From assembly GCA_003427395.1 (NCBI GenBank), contig BFEA01000026.1, positions 3,375,435-3,437,737 on the forward strand: a DNA stretch of 62,303 bases. The letters are read 5' to 3'. The position numbers and the translations under genes were made by a program. Shown here in pieces: positions 36,480 through 50,400 of the stretch (positions are counted from its first letter, which is position 1; each line of letters starts with the position of its first letter). Origin of the DNA: Chara braunii (taxonomy: Eukaryota > Plantae > Charophyceae). The notes beneath the pieces are model-generated. The model saw nothing but the letters and a program-made list of their open reading frames with translations. It searched no databases and was not told where the DNA came from.

Positions 36480-37280
36480 AAAAAGGGTGGTTTGTGTCTA
36501 AGTGGAGGTCTGGGCTTGTGGGATTTGAGATGGTCTGGTTAGGGCTTTCTTGGCCGGTGTATTGCGTATTTGTTTTTGTTTTTTTTTCCAATGGACGTGT
36601 AATTCTGTTTCTATTATATGTTTTATAGTGATGACAGGGTTCTTGGGGTTGATGGGGTGGTCCTCAAAGGTTTTGTCGCATCTTCTTTTCCAAAGTCCCC
36701 AAAGGATTCCTTTCCTGATTAGGGAGAAGAAGAAAGTTTCAAAGCCTTTGAGAGGGGGTTTTTGTTCCACTTCAAGGAAAATTGTGTCGGGGCTTATTGT
36801 GGTTGACGTACTAGAGAGGATGCTCCAAGCGTACTCTATTTCGTGCCAGAGTTTTTTGGCCTCTGGACAATCTAAGAAGTAGCGATTTAGTGTTTCTGGG
36901 GTCTGATTTAGTGTTTCTGGGGTCTGTAGATTGCATAATTTACACCAAGAGTATTATTATGTTCTGTTCTCTTTCCTCCTTTGTGCCAGCCAGTGGTTCA
37001 CTGGGACTTCCCTGAAAGCTATCAGCCATCTTAGGCTAGCTAGTTTCACTGGCCTAGTGCAGAAAATAGATGGCCATGGCGGGGTTATTTGAGATCCGAC
37101 TAGTGTGTTCTCTTCTTTTGTCCACCTTTTTTGTAAGGTATTGGTTATCGAGTTGGGTTTTGAGAAGAGAAGGTAGCCTAGTTTTGGTTTGTAGTCGGTT
37201 AACTTGTGTATACTTGGTATGGAGGAAATGTTGTTAGGAGTACTCCAGGACCATTCTATTGGATCTACTTCTAGTTCCAA
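36480..37280 (-). mobile_element. L1-type LINE 3' fragment (zf-RVT region)
   Basis: Peptides SLRWLIAFREVPVNHWL, a C..C....ET...F..C..AK..W-like region, and ILWGLWKRRC. Confidence 0.7.
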
Positions 37281-38031
37281 TCACCGAGTACTATATTGAT
37301 TGATAAAGAAGGGACAATTTTTATTTGTCATGCAACCAGTAGACCTCCTGAACAAATAAAAATTGTCATGTGCGGCACCCGATACTTAATTGTTCCGGGG
37401 GACAACCCTCCATCGTTCCGGGACAACCCTTCGACAAAGAGCTTCCGACAACGGACAAGGGTTATGCTTTATAAAATCATAAAAAAAAAACAGATTGCTA
37501 CTTTCGCGGAAAGAGATGGAGAGATCATGTAAAACAGATTACACTTACATAGAGATAAGAAGTTAAGAACATATTTCTTATTACAGTGCTATTTTTTCCC
37601 ACACAAAGATTAAAACAGAACAACCATCCACTGCATGTGAGACGCACCATCCTTTTTTTTTTATAACAACCCGAGTGTGTGCTAGGGGCGCTGATAAGAG
37701 CATACACCACTAGCACTGCCCGGGAGGCTCCATCTATTCGTGGGGAGCATCACCTGCTGGAAATCGGGTCCAGCGTCCCTGAACATTCAGAATGTGTTAG
37801 TGATCAGATATGCAGTCAGAATAGTCATGCTTTAGCTTCTGGTACCTTTGCAGATGCTAACTAGTCCTCTTCACCCTTCATCAGGGTGCCAAATACCTTC
37901 TGTCTATTACTGGTACTATGCCATCTGCCCCTTCTTCTTTCTACCTCCTAGTCCTATTCCCCCTCTGTGCTCTCCAAAGGCCAGTCCTCTGATAATCTTA
38001 AACCACCACTACCTCAGAGCCTATTTTTGTC

Positions 38032-38033
<2 letters not shown>

Positions 38034-38068
<35 letters not shown>

Positions 38069-38960
38069 GAACAAAACTTCAACTTATTCGTGGGGAGCAG
38101 CACGTGCTGGGAACCGGGCTCAGCATCCCATATGGAAAATTACATCGAATTTAGAAAATTTGAGATACCGGGGCCGTTACCCGGCTTTGGCTAAGAGAAT
38201 ATTGGAGCTACTTAGGAGATTACTATGACAAACTTCAGAATTGAACAAAATTCAGAAACCAACTCAGGAACCCCCCATCAATCTTCTTTACATCACTCCG
38301 GCAAGATTTACGGCAACAGAGCCACCATCTTCGTTGCTGTTGTACCCTATTTCCATCCTATCAGCTCACCCCCGCACTAGTAGGATGCTTGATATCCCAC
38401 CATCTACTTCTCCCACTCACCTAAAAGACTCAGACCCCCCAATCCATCCCCTGTACCCCACTCCGACAAGACTTACTGCATCAGAGCCACCATCTCCGCT
38501 GCTGCTGTGCCCTATTCCCGTCCTACCAACTAGCCCCCTTACTAGTAGGACGCGTAATATCCCACCTTCTCCTTCTCCCACTCCCCTCGGTCTCTTGAGA
38601 AAACGTTTGAGCAATACGAAAAACATAGAAATAGACCTCATAGGTCCTACAAATGCTCAAAAACCCTTGAAATCCCTAACAAACCCTTCCAAAGCATTCC
38701 AACACTACTCCCTCCCGAGTTCTTTCAGGTCTCACACTCCACATCCTGCTGGGTTACAGGGCAACACAACTCACCCCAGCTCCGACCAGCGTCGTCCCAA
38801 CAGCAACCCTTAGTTGTCCCGTGGAATGCCCACCCCAAAGCATGCCCAAATCTCTCTACCAGGCCTCACACTCCTGCGTCAGCAGGTCACAGGTCAACAC
38901 CCCAGCACCGGCCAGCGTCGTTCTGGCATCGAACAGCCGCAGGTTACTGAGTATAACAAC
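38034..38960 (-). mobile_element. L1-type LINE 3' fragment with poly(A) tail
   Basis: Poly(T) at 38034-38067, stem-loop motif at 38091-38130, and homology to 13600-14260. Confidence 0.55.
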
Positions 38961-41279
38961 ATTGAAGCCACCTAAAAAGAGTTGCTAGGAATCCCAAGAG
39001 TCCGAAAACATTCTTAAGACCATCAATCAGTCATCCGCGTATGATCAACCCTGAGATCTATTTTTGAGATTTTTTTTAATCAAAAAGAAAACAGTTAGCC
39101 CTCCTCCCATTCCCTTTCACCCCCTACTCTTCTTCATCTCCCGACGAGCCGACCTCCTCCACCACATAGTTCGGGAGAGAAGAACAATAGACCAACGACC
39201 TCACCAAAATCCCCTGACGACGAAAAGCAGACTTCACTTTTTCCTCTTCCTACGACAGGTAGACCTCCTCCACCATGTAGTTCGAAGGAGGAAAAAGTAG
39301 TTCACTCCATTGCAAAACAGGCACAGCACCCGAACCTCTCATCCCCTTACCACCTTCCAGCACAGACTTATAACAGCTAAGCCACCATGTCAACTGCAAC
39401 TGTGCCCTAATCCAATTCCACCAGCTAGCCCTCCTCACCAGCGGGACGCAATGTTACCAATCAAAAAAACTTCCCCCCTCCACTTCAGTTCCACGCCTGT
39501 TCTATAGGCAGGTAAAAGACAACTGATCCCCTCCCACACTCTTCCTAAACCCCCTTATTCAATTGCATCCCGCGACAAGCCGACCTCCTCCACCCGTAAT
39601 TCGCGAGATGAAGAAAAGTGAAGGCAGACAACCCTCGACTTCCTCTTGCGACAAGCCAACCTCCTCCACCACATAGTTCGCAGAACAAAAACGAAAGTGA
39701 TCCTCCATTTGAAACTTGCCAACCCTACCCAAGCCTCAGATACTGATCAGATCCTTCGCCTGCCTGCCCTGAACCAAAACTGACTCATGAGAGGTAAACT
39801 TCATGCAATCCGAATTTAAAACTGAGTAAGAGTCACTATTGAGAATTAAGAGATTAAAATTTGAAATCTGATTTATGAGTATCAGTATCAAGAAACAAAA
39901 AAATAGAAAAAAAACAACAACAATACGAAGTATTTCGATTTTTAACATCAATTCAGAATTGAGTAATCGTTCATTGAGATCAAAGCAAAGCTATAAATTG
40001 CGAATTTTCGATTAGGAATCTTGCTAAGAAATTACGAATTGAAACTTTGATTTGCGAATTTCAGATTAAGAATCTTACCCAGAAATTACGGATTGAAAAT
40101 TAAGTCGAATTTCAATTAAGGATCAATTACTACTAGAAAAACATGAGAATAAGATTTAAGACCAAACACATAAAATCATTCAAACATCCTTTGAAAAAAT
40201 CCCAGTCACGCCAGCATCGAAATTCATCATTGTTAGGAAAATCCATATCACATTTTACGCTAGAAAGTTAAACACTCAATAGAGATTTTATAAGCTTGTA
40301 ATCAGCAGGATGGGAAAGACAATGGACAATGCATGTAATTCCTTACCAGCCCTAATTCCCACCTCTCACTCATATCATGTCCTCCCCCACTCTCAACCTC
40401 CACCTCCTCATTCATCGGCTTCAAAAACATTTCAACTGTTCATGGCCTGCTTCGCATGTAACCAATAAGCTGAACGATGAAAGTTATCGGACCGTGGCCA
40501 ATCACTTACCACAACCACGTAGCGAGCCCAAGTCGCCAAACTTGTCGACAACCCCTCGCTGGCAGTCCAGATAGGGAAAAAAACATGCATGGTGGCAATA
40601 CATGCGCGATCTGTCGTCTCTCGTAGCCCGCCTTAAGAATCCACATCAAGAAAAGATCTATAAAGTATACAACCAGAGAAGAGAAAACAACACCTCACCC
40701 ACTCGTCACCACGCCCAGCCATCTCGCACCTCGAATTTTCACCCGCTATGTTCGCGCCTCACCACTCGTTGTTGCTCCCCATCCCCGCTCATCGCCATAC
40801 CCAACCATCCCGCGCCTCAAGTTTTCGCCCGCTGCGTCGCCTACGTCGCCCGACTTTTCCATCGCGTACCGGCAAGATCGTGCCGGGGGGGCACAACGCT
40901 CCCGGTCGCGCCACGCCCAACGAACTCAACTCGTTTGTCGACCCTGATTTTTACTGCGCACCGAGTTTTGCCGATCCTGGGGTCCGTTTTGTTTCTTTTC
41001 TGGTACTCTTCTGGAAAAAAAAAAAAAAAGAATAAGACAATCCAGTCAGGTAGACGCACGAGATACAGTCTGTACAACAAACATCTTAGTAACCCAGATG
41101 GGGATTCACGTTCTAGCTCACTTGATTCGCAGCACTGTCGGACAAAATAACAGAGGGTTCATCTGTTCAAGCCATAGGAGGAAAAATTCTCTCCATCTCT
41201 ACGCTTGTTTGATGTAGGGTCCTCCGTATCCTCTCCAGCTAATTTGGGAGGGTGATCATGTCAGCTACGCAAAGAGAAC

Positions 41280-41314
<35 letters not shown>

Positions 41315-41464
41315 CACTAGTACCTCCAAGCCTGTTGTTGCCGACCCTGAATTTCACTGCGCTCCAAGTTTGTCGAGCCTGGGTACCACCCTGTTTTCTT
41401 TCTGGTACTCCCGCGGAAAGAACCAAAAAAAAAAAAAAAAAAAAGTTGCGGCCATGAACTCCGA

Positions 41465-41495
<31 letters not shown>

Positions 41496-44421
41496 TTGGC
41501 CGTGATTGCAGTTGTATACATTTTTGGAAGTGGTAGTGTGAGTATGCCCTCAGTGAGGGCTTCTCAACCCCGTGACCTGGTTGTCAGATTCGGAAAAAAG
41601 AATAGAAGGGGAAAAAAGCGGGCACACGGATCCGACCATGAAAATGGCTGGATACATTCCCCTTAGTACCAGTGTGATGAGTGTTACAATCCTCTGACAA
41701 AACACAGCTTGAGCAGATCACGGACGACTTGAGCAATTCACGGATTCCCCCCTGCCTNATTGGCAGGGGACTTATAAGAAACATACGAGCAAGAGAAAAA
41801 AAGAAAACAGTAACATCCAGAATGTGACCGCCTTACCGGTGAGGTGTATTCTGTGGAGGAAGACTCTGAGCACGGTATCCAAGACCACACTGCCCGACAT
41901 CATTGCAGTAGAGATAATATTTTCTTTTTTTTCTTTTTCTTTCACTCGCAGACAATATAAAAATCTTATTTATGGGACAGTGATGACCCTCTGTCCCACC
42001 CCCGATAACTTCGGGAACTGGCAAAACATCGTAATTTCCCAACACTGGCGGAGGTACTTAGTCTAGTGGTTTAAGGCCCTTTTGCAAGGCCTCTATCCAG
42101 TGGTGGTAAGAGAGCCACGAGGATTGAGGCTTTGCCTAGTGAGCCGCTCCATCTATTGGTGGGGAGCATCACCTGCTGGAAACCGGGTCCAGCGTCCCAC
42201 ATATACACCCTTGATTCGATTGGAGTCTAAGATCTTAGGCCATGGTGCCACTGGGCTGGAAACCGGGTCCAGCATCCCATCCAATCTTCTCTTTCCTAGC
42301 TAACCTAAGGCCTGGACTGGTGATGGGGGGAGAGCCACCGAGGGGCACCAGTGAGGTCCCCCTCCAACCTCGAGCTCTAGCCATCCACCCGCTACCCTCA
42401 TTGGCACCTGCAGTAATCAACATAGTAAGAGAAGCAGCCCCTGCTAGAAACCGGGTCCAGCGTCCCATCCATACAACCGTGCTGAGAGGGTCGCATACTT
42501 CTAGTCACATTGACCCTTTTTTGGAAAAAAAACTTGGGCCAAAGCATACTGAGAGAAAAAACAAGGAAAAGCAGTCCCTGCTGGAAACCGGGTCAAGCAT
42601 CCCATACATCATCATAATGAAACGAGCAAAAACTGCCAAAAAGGAAATTTCCGAAAAAATAAGATGGCCTTTAGTGCGCTGCTCAGGTTCTTGGGAACGG
42701 TACCACAAGAGACAAAGGGTGAGGGGGAAAGGGTCTGCAAAGTCTTGAGCATGCCGCAACGGGTTGCTGGGATCAATCTTTGTCCATTCGCGAAAGTGAA
42801 GCTGATAATCCCTTGTTATTTCTGCCTGTTGTCCCCTCTGCAGTCCTTCCTCCATCTGACGATGATCCTGCCCATCCTCTGCCCAAGTTACCCATCCTTC
42901 TCTCCTCTCGCTCAACCAATCCTCGCAAAACTGCGAGATAACCCTGTCAATATCCCTTTTTTTGGTGTGCAACTGACTTAGTTTTTCCTTAACCGCACCC
43001 CACTCGGCCGTAATCTCGTGTTGAACCAAAAGTCTTAGCTTCTTCGTGACTTCCCCCTCTTCTACCCTTGCTCCCTCTATTTCCAGGATGCATCTTCTCC
43101 ACCATATAACCCATAGGACAACACGCCTTCCCACGCGGAACATATTCTTTTTGAATGTATTCCCTTGAATCTGAGGATAGTGTCCCAGAAGTATGGCCCT
43201 CCATTCCCATGGCCAAGTCGAACCCTGTACCATGTGTCGCCAAATCCTGTCCCACCACCTCCACAGTAGGACAGTCGCGGGACACTGAAGGAAGATGTGC
43301 TCTATCGTCTCGGAGCATTTTTTATTGGGGTAGCCCTAGAGACATCTGTCACTCTGTGACATCGAGGCAGTGCTCGCCCCCGCTGTTCCAAATGGGAGTG
43401 ATATATTAACCAATCGTTAGTTGGTAGGCACCGGTGTGCGATCTGCCACTGTAGGGTGGAGACATTTGCCGGCCTCTTTCCATAATCCGCAAACCACCTT
43501 ATGAGTTTTAGCAAGCCGCGATCCACGTTGAGATGGTGATACCATCTATCTTCTACAGTATCTCGCAGCCTACGTTTAGGTCTCAGCATTCGGTATACTG
43601 ACTTTGATTTTAAGCCAGCAAGTGTTAATGATCGTGCCCTTCCCTCCTTGCTTAAATTTCCCGAATTTCTCGGATCATTCCAGGACCAGTGCCACTCCTC
43701 GGGGTGGAAAGGGAGGTCCTCAATCGAGGTCATGGGTCGATAGGCTCTCCATCCTCTACTTTCGTGAATAATTCTGACTCGATATACTTCCTTTTTTTCC
43801 TTCCAGATAAAGGGTTGTTTGCTCCCTCATAGTTGATCCTCCTTTTGAATGGAGAAGACTTCGATCAACACTTGCGTTTGATCTACCAAGTGAACCTGCC
43901 CTACTTGGTTTTCGGAGTTGGGAAAACCCACCCAATCTCCTTCTACCAAACGAGGACCCTTCCGGAGGGTGATGTACCAGTGGGGTGGGGAACTGTCAAA
44001 GCGATCGTTAAGTGCGTCCTCAGTGAAATGACAATATCACAATCATGGACGCATTATTTTTACACTTTTCTAGTTCCTTGTACTAAAGTCCCAAAGGTCC
44101 CCCACCGTCCTGACCCCGTGTTTCACCTAACCTTTCCACGGAAAGTCTGAACTACATATCATGCGACCAAGAGAGTCTGTGATTAATCTATTACCAAATA
44201 GGGGTTATTTAAAAATTTCCTCCCACCTATTTGATGTTGGGCGATTAGGAGGGGGAAACTTCCTCCATACTAGTAAGAGGCGCAACCATTGTTCATCCGC
44301 GGGGTCCCGATTTCTATATTTCCTTGGTAGCTTTTAGATCCCACGTCGTTTCTACACTCAGTCGATGACTTTATCCATTATCACCGCTGTTGTGCAGTCA
44401 ATAGAATTACCCAGTGCACGT

Positions 44422-47400
44422 TGTCGAGCGCATCGGTCCGGCACTACTCAGAGGTAGCGCGGGACCCTCCCGGCCGCGTCACACAGGAGTTGGTCTAATC
44501 CTCGTCGCGAATATATACGTGGAGCTTCCGCAAACCGCTCCGACCGAGTGCGCTAGCCATACCTCTCGCGAACCCCTACGACTGGATAGGGCCTACGCGA
44601 GACACGACTTACCTCCACCTTACGAGAGCTATCACCTCCCTTCCGTGGGCGTATCCCTGCCGAGCTACCAGTCCATAATACGAAAGCTAATCAGTTGCAA
44701 TCGCAGAGGTGGACCAGCCGAGGGCGTTTCTCGTTCGCTGTAGCATAGGGGGTACGCGAGGTAGTACGCCTCTATCGGGCCCGCACGAACCGACATCTTG
44801 GGGGGCTGAGGTCCCAAGCGCGACTCGTCGCCGGTCGACTATGACGTATCCCACATGCCACGCGCACACCACTATAAGGAACATAAAAATAACACACCCA
44901 CACAACGTACACACGAAACGACACAACATAACCAACGCGTCAACGCTCCTAGTCCCTCGGTAGCCATCCCATAACTTTTCCGATGCGGAAATTGAATAGG
45001 CGTCGCGCGCAAGACTTAGTATAAAACCGCGCGGACGCGGGGCTAACTCATATCGACTCGCAATGCAAACGTACGCAGGCAGTCGCAATGATGACGTACT
45101 ATGTAGTAACCATACTCACGCGGTCCTCGTTAATCTCGAGGGTCGCATTCGACACTCAAGTGTCGGCTGACACGCACTTTGAGGGTTAATCTCTGACAAC
45201 TGCCATGCGCGGTTGAAGACCACACACCCTCTTCTGCACTCTGTGCAGAGTGGGTGGTACACAGGTCCATACCTGTGGTGGCAGTCGTTTCTTACTGCCC
45301 TGGAGATGAGCCCCACTCCAGGCCTGGACAAAAGTCAAGGGGGTTGACTTTGATGGTTGTCGCGGACTACAACGTCCACTATAAATCCTAAAAAGCAAGA
45401 ATGGGCCGAAGATCCCCCTATCCCAAAGGAGTCATGACCCTGGGATACCCCCTTTCGGTTAGTGTCAGCGGCCGATAATAATCCCAAGCGTTCGTGCATA
45501 CGTGCGAGTCCCTTGATCCCCTAAGCTTTAGGCGCTAGGGCGGTGAGACGTCGCGCGCAGGATTCTTATATAAAGTCGCGCGGTTGCAGACCAATTCTAT
45601 ACCAACCAACGATGCTAGTCATACGTGGTAATCGCGGCTCCGGCCTCGCGATATTGAATGACTAAAGGAATATATCGTGAGGGGTTACCCCTCACGATTT
45701 TGAACGGCTGAAGGACATGCCGTTCAACCCTCGGGACATTTCTGCCCTCAGGGTTGGGTGTTTTGACGGGCGGAGCGAATAGGCTCTGCGCGAGGGTCTA
45801 GGGCTTGGGACGTCCTGGACAAGGACCTTGAATCCCGGCTTTGGACCAACGTCCGACTAGGAAACCCCCAAGAAGCAAACAAGTAAAAGGATGGGCCTTC
45901 CTTATATTCCTTAGTCTTACCCTATGGGTAAACTTTTAGTACGGGACCCCTCAGGCCACATGAACATCCATCATAGGTGCACACATGTATGCGTATATAA
46001 GGGGAATAGTATGCGATAATCACTTTTCACAATCACAGTGAGGTTTCTCACAACCATATGTATACATGTGATCGCAGACAATCAAACCCAGGATCTAAGC
46101 CACAACACGTAACTGCAATCACATCAAAGAGTCAAACAATAGTTCACGCACTACACGGAGTCAACCCCAACCATTCTCGACACTCATACCCCTCGCTTTA
46201 GCCATGCAAGCCCCAACCTCCTGTCCAACCAGCCATAAATAAATACTCAGTATCTCTGTTTAATGACCATTCAATAACAGTTCGGGTAAAACCTTAATGA
46301 AATAATAAATTCACCAGGGCTAAAGCCTTTTAGGTTGAGTGCGAAAGGTGAATTGGAATTGAGTCGTAGACTAACGAATGGGCAAACGACCTGTTATCAG
46401 TGATAACAGAAGATGATCCTTAGAGGATCAAGCTGAATCTAGACCAAATCTTGAATCCAGTCAAACAAGATGGTCTGTACCACAAGACAGGTCATCGTCG
46501 AAGACTAAGACTATAAATCCTTATGACGCAATCTCTTTATCACGGTCCTATGAGAATTATCCAGACTAACTATGCCATAATTCTTATTTCTAACATAGGG
46601 GTCAAAAACATTATACTCTTATGACATAATTCCTTCTATCTAAGGTGACAGGCTAAAATCGCCACCTGCCAAAATATTATAGCTCCTCTACCTTAGGGAA
46701 ATTTCGGTAGCGCTTCCTGTAAGAAAAGTGTCTTTCCCGAATTTATACTAACTCAGATATGAAAAGATAGAGAAAATCTTTAACTCTGAAAGTCAAATTC
46801 GGTCTAACTCCCTGAATTAGTAAAAATTTGGGCAGCACCCCCTTTGCAAGGGAATACTTCCCAGATTTATACTAGGTCAGGTATGAACTCAAAGACAACT
46901 TGAGTCCAACCAAGACAGAATTCAACCAACTCCCTAGTTTTGCAGAAATTTCGGCAGCACTCCCTTTTGAAAAGTGTTATTCCAAAATTTATACAAGACT
47001 AAGTTCAAAATTTCAACCAACTTTGACTCCCCAAAGTCCAATTTTGTCTAACTCCTTGAATTAGTAAAAATTTGGGCAGCACTCCCTCTAGAAAATGAGG
47101 CTTTCCAGATTTTTTACTAAGTCAAAGATAAGACCAGTCGAACTTTGCCAAGCAGAATCTGACTAACTTCTTGGATTTATAGAAATTTTGGCATCGCTTC
47201 CCGTAGAGAAAGTAGCTTGCCAAAATTTATACAAAGTCAAGTATAAAAAAATATCTTAGAAAATGCAGAAACTGATCTGAGTAAAAAAGTTACTACAGCA
47301 AATGCAAGAATTGAAACTAACTCCTATCGCTCTAGCTCATGGGGAGCAGCTAAAGCAACTACCTATCAAGGTGAAACTCAAACAAGGTAGTGACTTCACT

Positions 47401-50400
47401 CAGCCTCATGCAAGCCAAACCACAAAGATAAGTACTCTCGTTATCCCAAGTTCATTTGGGCAAACAATAGTTCATAATTTTTCAGTAACTTAACACCTTA
47501 TACCCCGCTTACATAAGGCATAAGGTCAAGCCACCCAAACTTATGGAATGTACCTTACTTTAACCAGACATAGAGTAAGGATATGAGCCTGACTTTGCCA
47601 GAGGATATACACAAATAGAGGGCACAACTACTTTTCTCTTCTTTGGGCACATGACTAGACCACTCTGGTCGCCCCGACCTGTTTAACGTATCCAAGTTAT
47701 ATATACTTGTCTTCCCCTTTATCTTCTAAGGCTGCATATGACTGAACTAACTTAAGTTCAGCTTGCCCCAGTTTACCATCAATTCTATTTTTAGTTATAC
47801 TCTCTTCAAGTTGTGATAGGCTATAGTCACACCACCTAAACTTATAGAACAGTCTGATTAACACGTTCTTAAATAGAATAATAGTAAGGTATAGCCAAGT
47901 TATAACCTTTGGGTTCCAACATGTGCGAGCTGAACTTACAGAACATTCTGGCTCCCTGCCTGATTAATTTCTTTCTGAACCATTTTGTGCGTGGCATTGG
48001 GCTAGATCACCTGAACTTACAGAACGATCTGCTCTCTGTCAGGTTCATTTTTTCTTGAATGAAAGCAGGAAGAGGTTAAGCCACCTAAACTTATAGAATA
48101 ACTTAGACCTCCTCGTTCAGAACCAAATAAACAGAGGAAAACCCAAAATAAACAAGGCGACCAAGGCACCTGAACTTACAGAATGCGCTTGGTCCCTGAA
48201 AAATCATCCACATTCAGCCTTCCCAAATTAGAGCAGTCAGGCCACCTAAACTTATAGAACAACCTGACCCTCCATGCAAGGTCACAACACTGGGTCTCCC
48301 CAAACTTATGGGGACTTCCCAACCTCCAGAGCAATCAGGACCCCTAAACTTATAGAAAGGTCTGACGCTCCATACAAAACCAAAAATAAACAAAGCACTG
48401 AGTCTCCCCAAACTTATGGGGACCTTTCAGCCTCAACAACCCACTCACCCATCATCCAAATCAGTCCGCCATCCTGCCTTTCCCAGATGCAGTTCTTTTT
48501 AACAATCTGATTTCATACAATCAATAAAGATGAAACTGAAATTGAGCAGACATTCCTTTACTTAGTCTAGTTCAGTGTCCTGAAAGTCAAACCAAAATTG
48601 AAGTAGGGCTGCACATCATCTATTCAGTCAAAGATGCAATGGGTGATACAGATAGGGGTTATAATTGGGTTTATAGAAGGAAAAACAATGGTTACCTGTC
48701 AGTTCCCTGCCTCCAAAAATCCTCCTGAGTTCCGGCAGAGCTCCCACAATCGGTGGGGTGAACCTCCCAAAGAGGTCTTGGCACGGATTACGGGTTGCAA
48801 TCCCGCATGCCGCCTTCCCCTCAGAACCAACAGACTAGACTTAAAGTAAGAAGGGTAGAAGGATAAGGTTTTTAGACTCTCAGATCCAAGGAGGGTGCTC
48901 TCAGACTCGCAGGAGAGGGCCTTGGTACCTTCAGCGCCCGAGGGCCCCGCAATGGCAACCAATGTGACAGCTTGGTTCAACTAGAGCCAACTTCCAAACT
49001 CAACCCCCTGACTAGCTCCCAACTACAACATCAATCCCCCTCCTCAAGTCCAATTGCGGCTGCACATCCGCCTGTAACAGCCCTTGAAGGCAACAACAAT
49101 ACACAGTGGTGGTCGGCAACGATAGTAACAGTCCGTGCTCGGTCCGTGGCAGCAGCATTTGACGGTCGTTAACAACAACAACAGCAACCGCCAGCAGCTG
49201 CAATCCATGCACTTTCAACAGTACCAGCGGTACACAGCGACATAGATCAGCAGGCAGCGACAGTGGTACACAGCAGCCCGTAATCCACAGTCTGTAGTCC
49301 GCAGTCTACAGCCTTTCACCTGCAGTCCAACAATCTTTCATCCATAGTCCAACAGTCTTTTGAATGACTTCGCTCGACAGGTGTTCAACTTACTAGTCTG
49401 CGGGCGGGTTCACACCTTCGACAAACAGGAGCTCTGCGTTGGAATAGTTAGTACTAAACGCACTGAACGGCTATGGCGCTGCAGCAAGCTCGACACACCG
49501 ACAACTCCTCCCCAAGCAGCAATAGCCACACTGTATCAGCTAAACACTAAGCCGTTTCGCTGTCTCTAACCACCGACACTCTATCCAGTAGCAAGTCGCG
49601 CCCCGGGCGAGCCTGCAGTTTCAACTTGAGAGCACCTCAACATCCATACGAGGTACGATAGTAACATCTCTTTGAATCACCCAACAAAACTTCAGAACTC
49701 AGGCTATCACTGCCTCAAATATCTAGGCTGCAGGTTATTCAAAGAGCAGGCCGATATACTATAGCCCCAGATAACATGACAACTTCACACAGTGGAAATA
49801 CACCGGCGTCTTCCAGCCAGATAGCACAACGAACGATCCTATCAATCCCAGAGTGAGATGGATACTTCCTGCCCCACGTCCACACTCTCCTCAGACTAAT
49901 GCACCTGCCCTCTGACCCGGCCAGGTTCAACTGGTCAAAAGAAAGAGAAAATTCCTTGAAACAAAATTACACCGACGGACAGGAGCCTCACGATGGATGG
50001 TTTGGATAGTGAGTAGGTTTTCCTTACAGAGGAAGATCGTCATGCCTGAGAGCGAGGATGGCATCCGCGGTCATCAGCGTTGTGCAGCGGGACGACCACA
50101 ATCCGCTGCTCCGTACAAACGCGGCGCAAGCTCAAACGGATCTTCTCGCCAGAGTATGGAGCCGCGCCTTGCTACTTCGCCAGCCACTCCCCACGTACAC
50201 ACACCGGGCTATAGGTAAGTCTCTAGCCCCACTATTAGCCTCCCCCCCGTTGCAGCATGTGCAAACCCGAATGAATCTTCCACTAGAACACGGAAAGATA
50301 CCTCGCCATTCTTAGGCCATCTTCCTCCCGACGCAGTACCTCATACCCGTGCCGATCGGTCCCTCGATTTATCTCCAAATCCAGCATCGCCATTGGGTTT

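Noticed and set aside
38180-38197. U2-like ccggctttggctaagag (a similar match lies near 52893)
   Set aside because: Short matches without the downstream GTAGTA branch-pairing region, so likely chance.
42161-42605. CRISPR-like array of palindromic repeats of about 38 bp
   Set aside because: Spacers are very unequal, the repeats are degenerate, there are no cas genes and the context is eukaryotic. Better explained as LINE 3'-UTR stem-loops.
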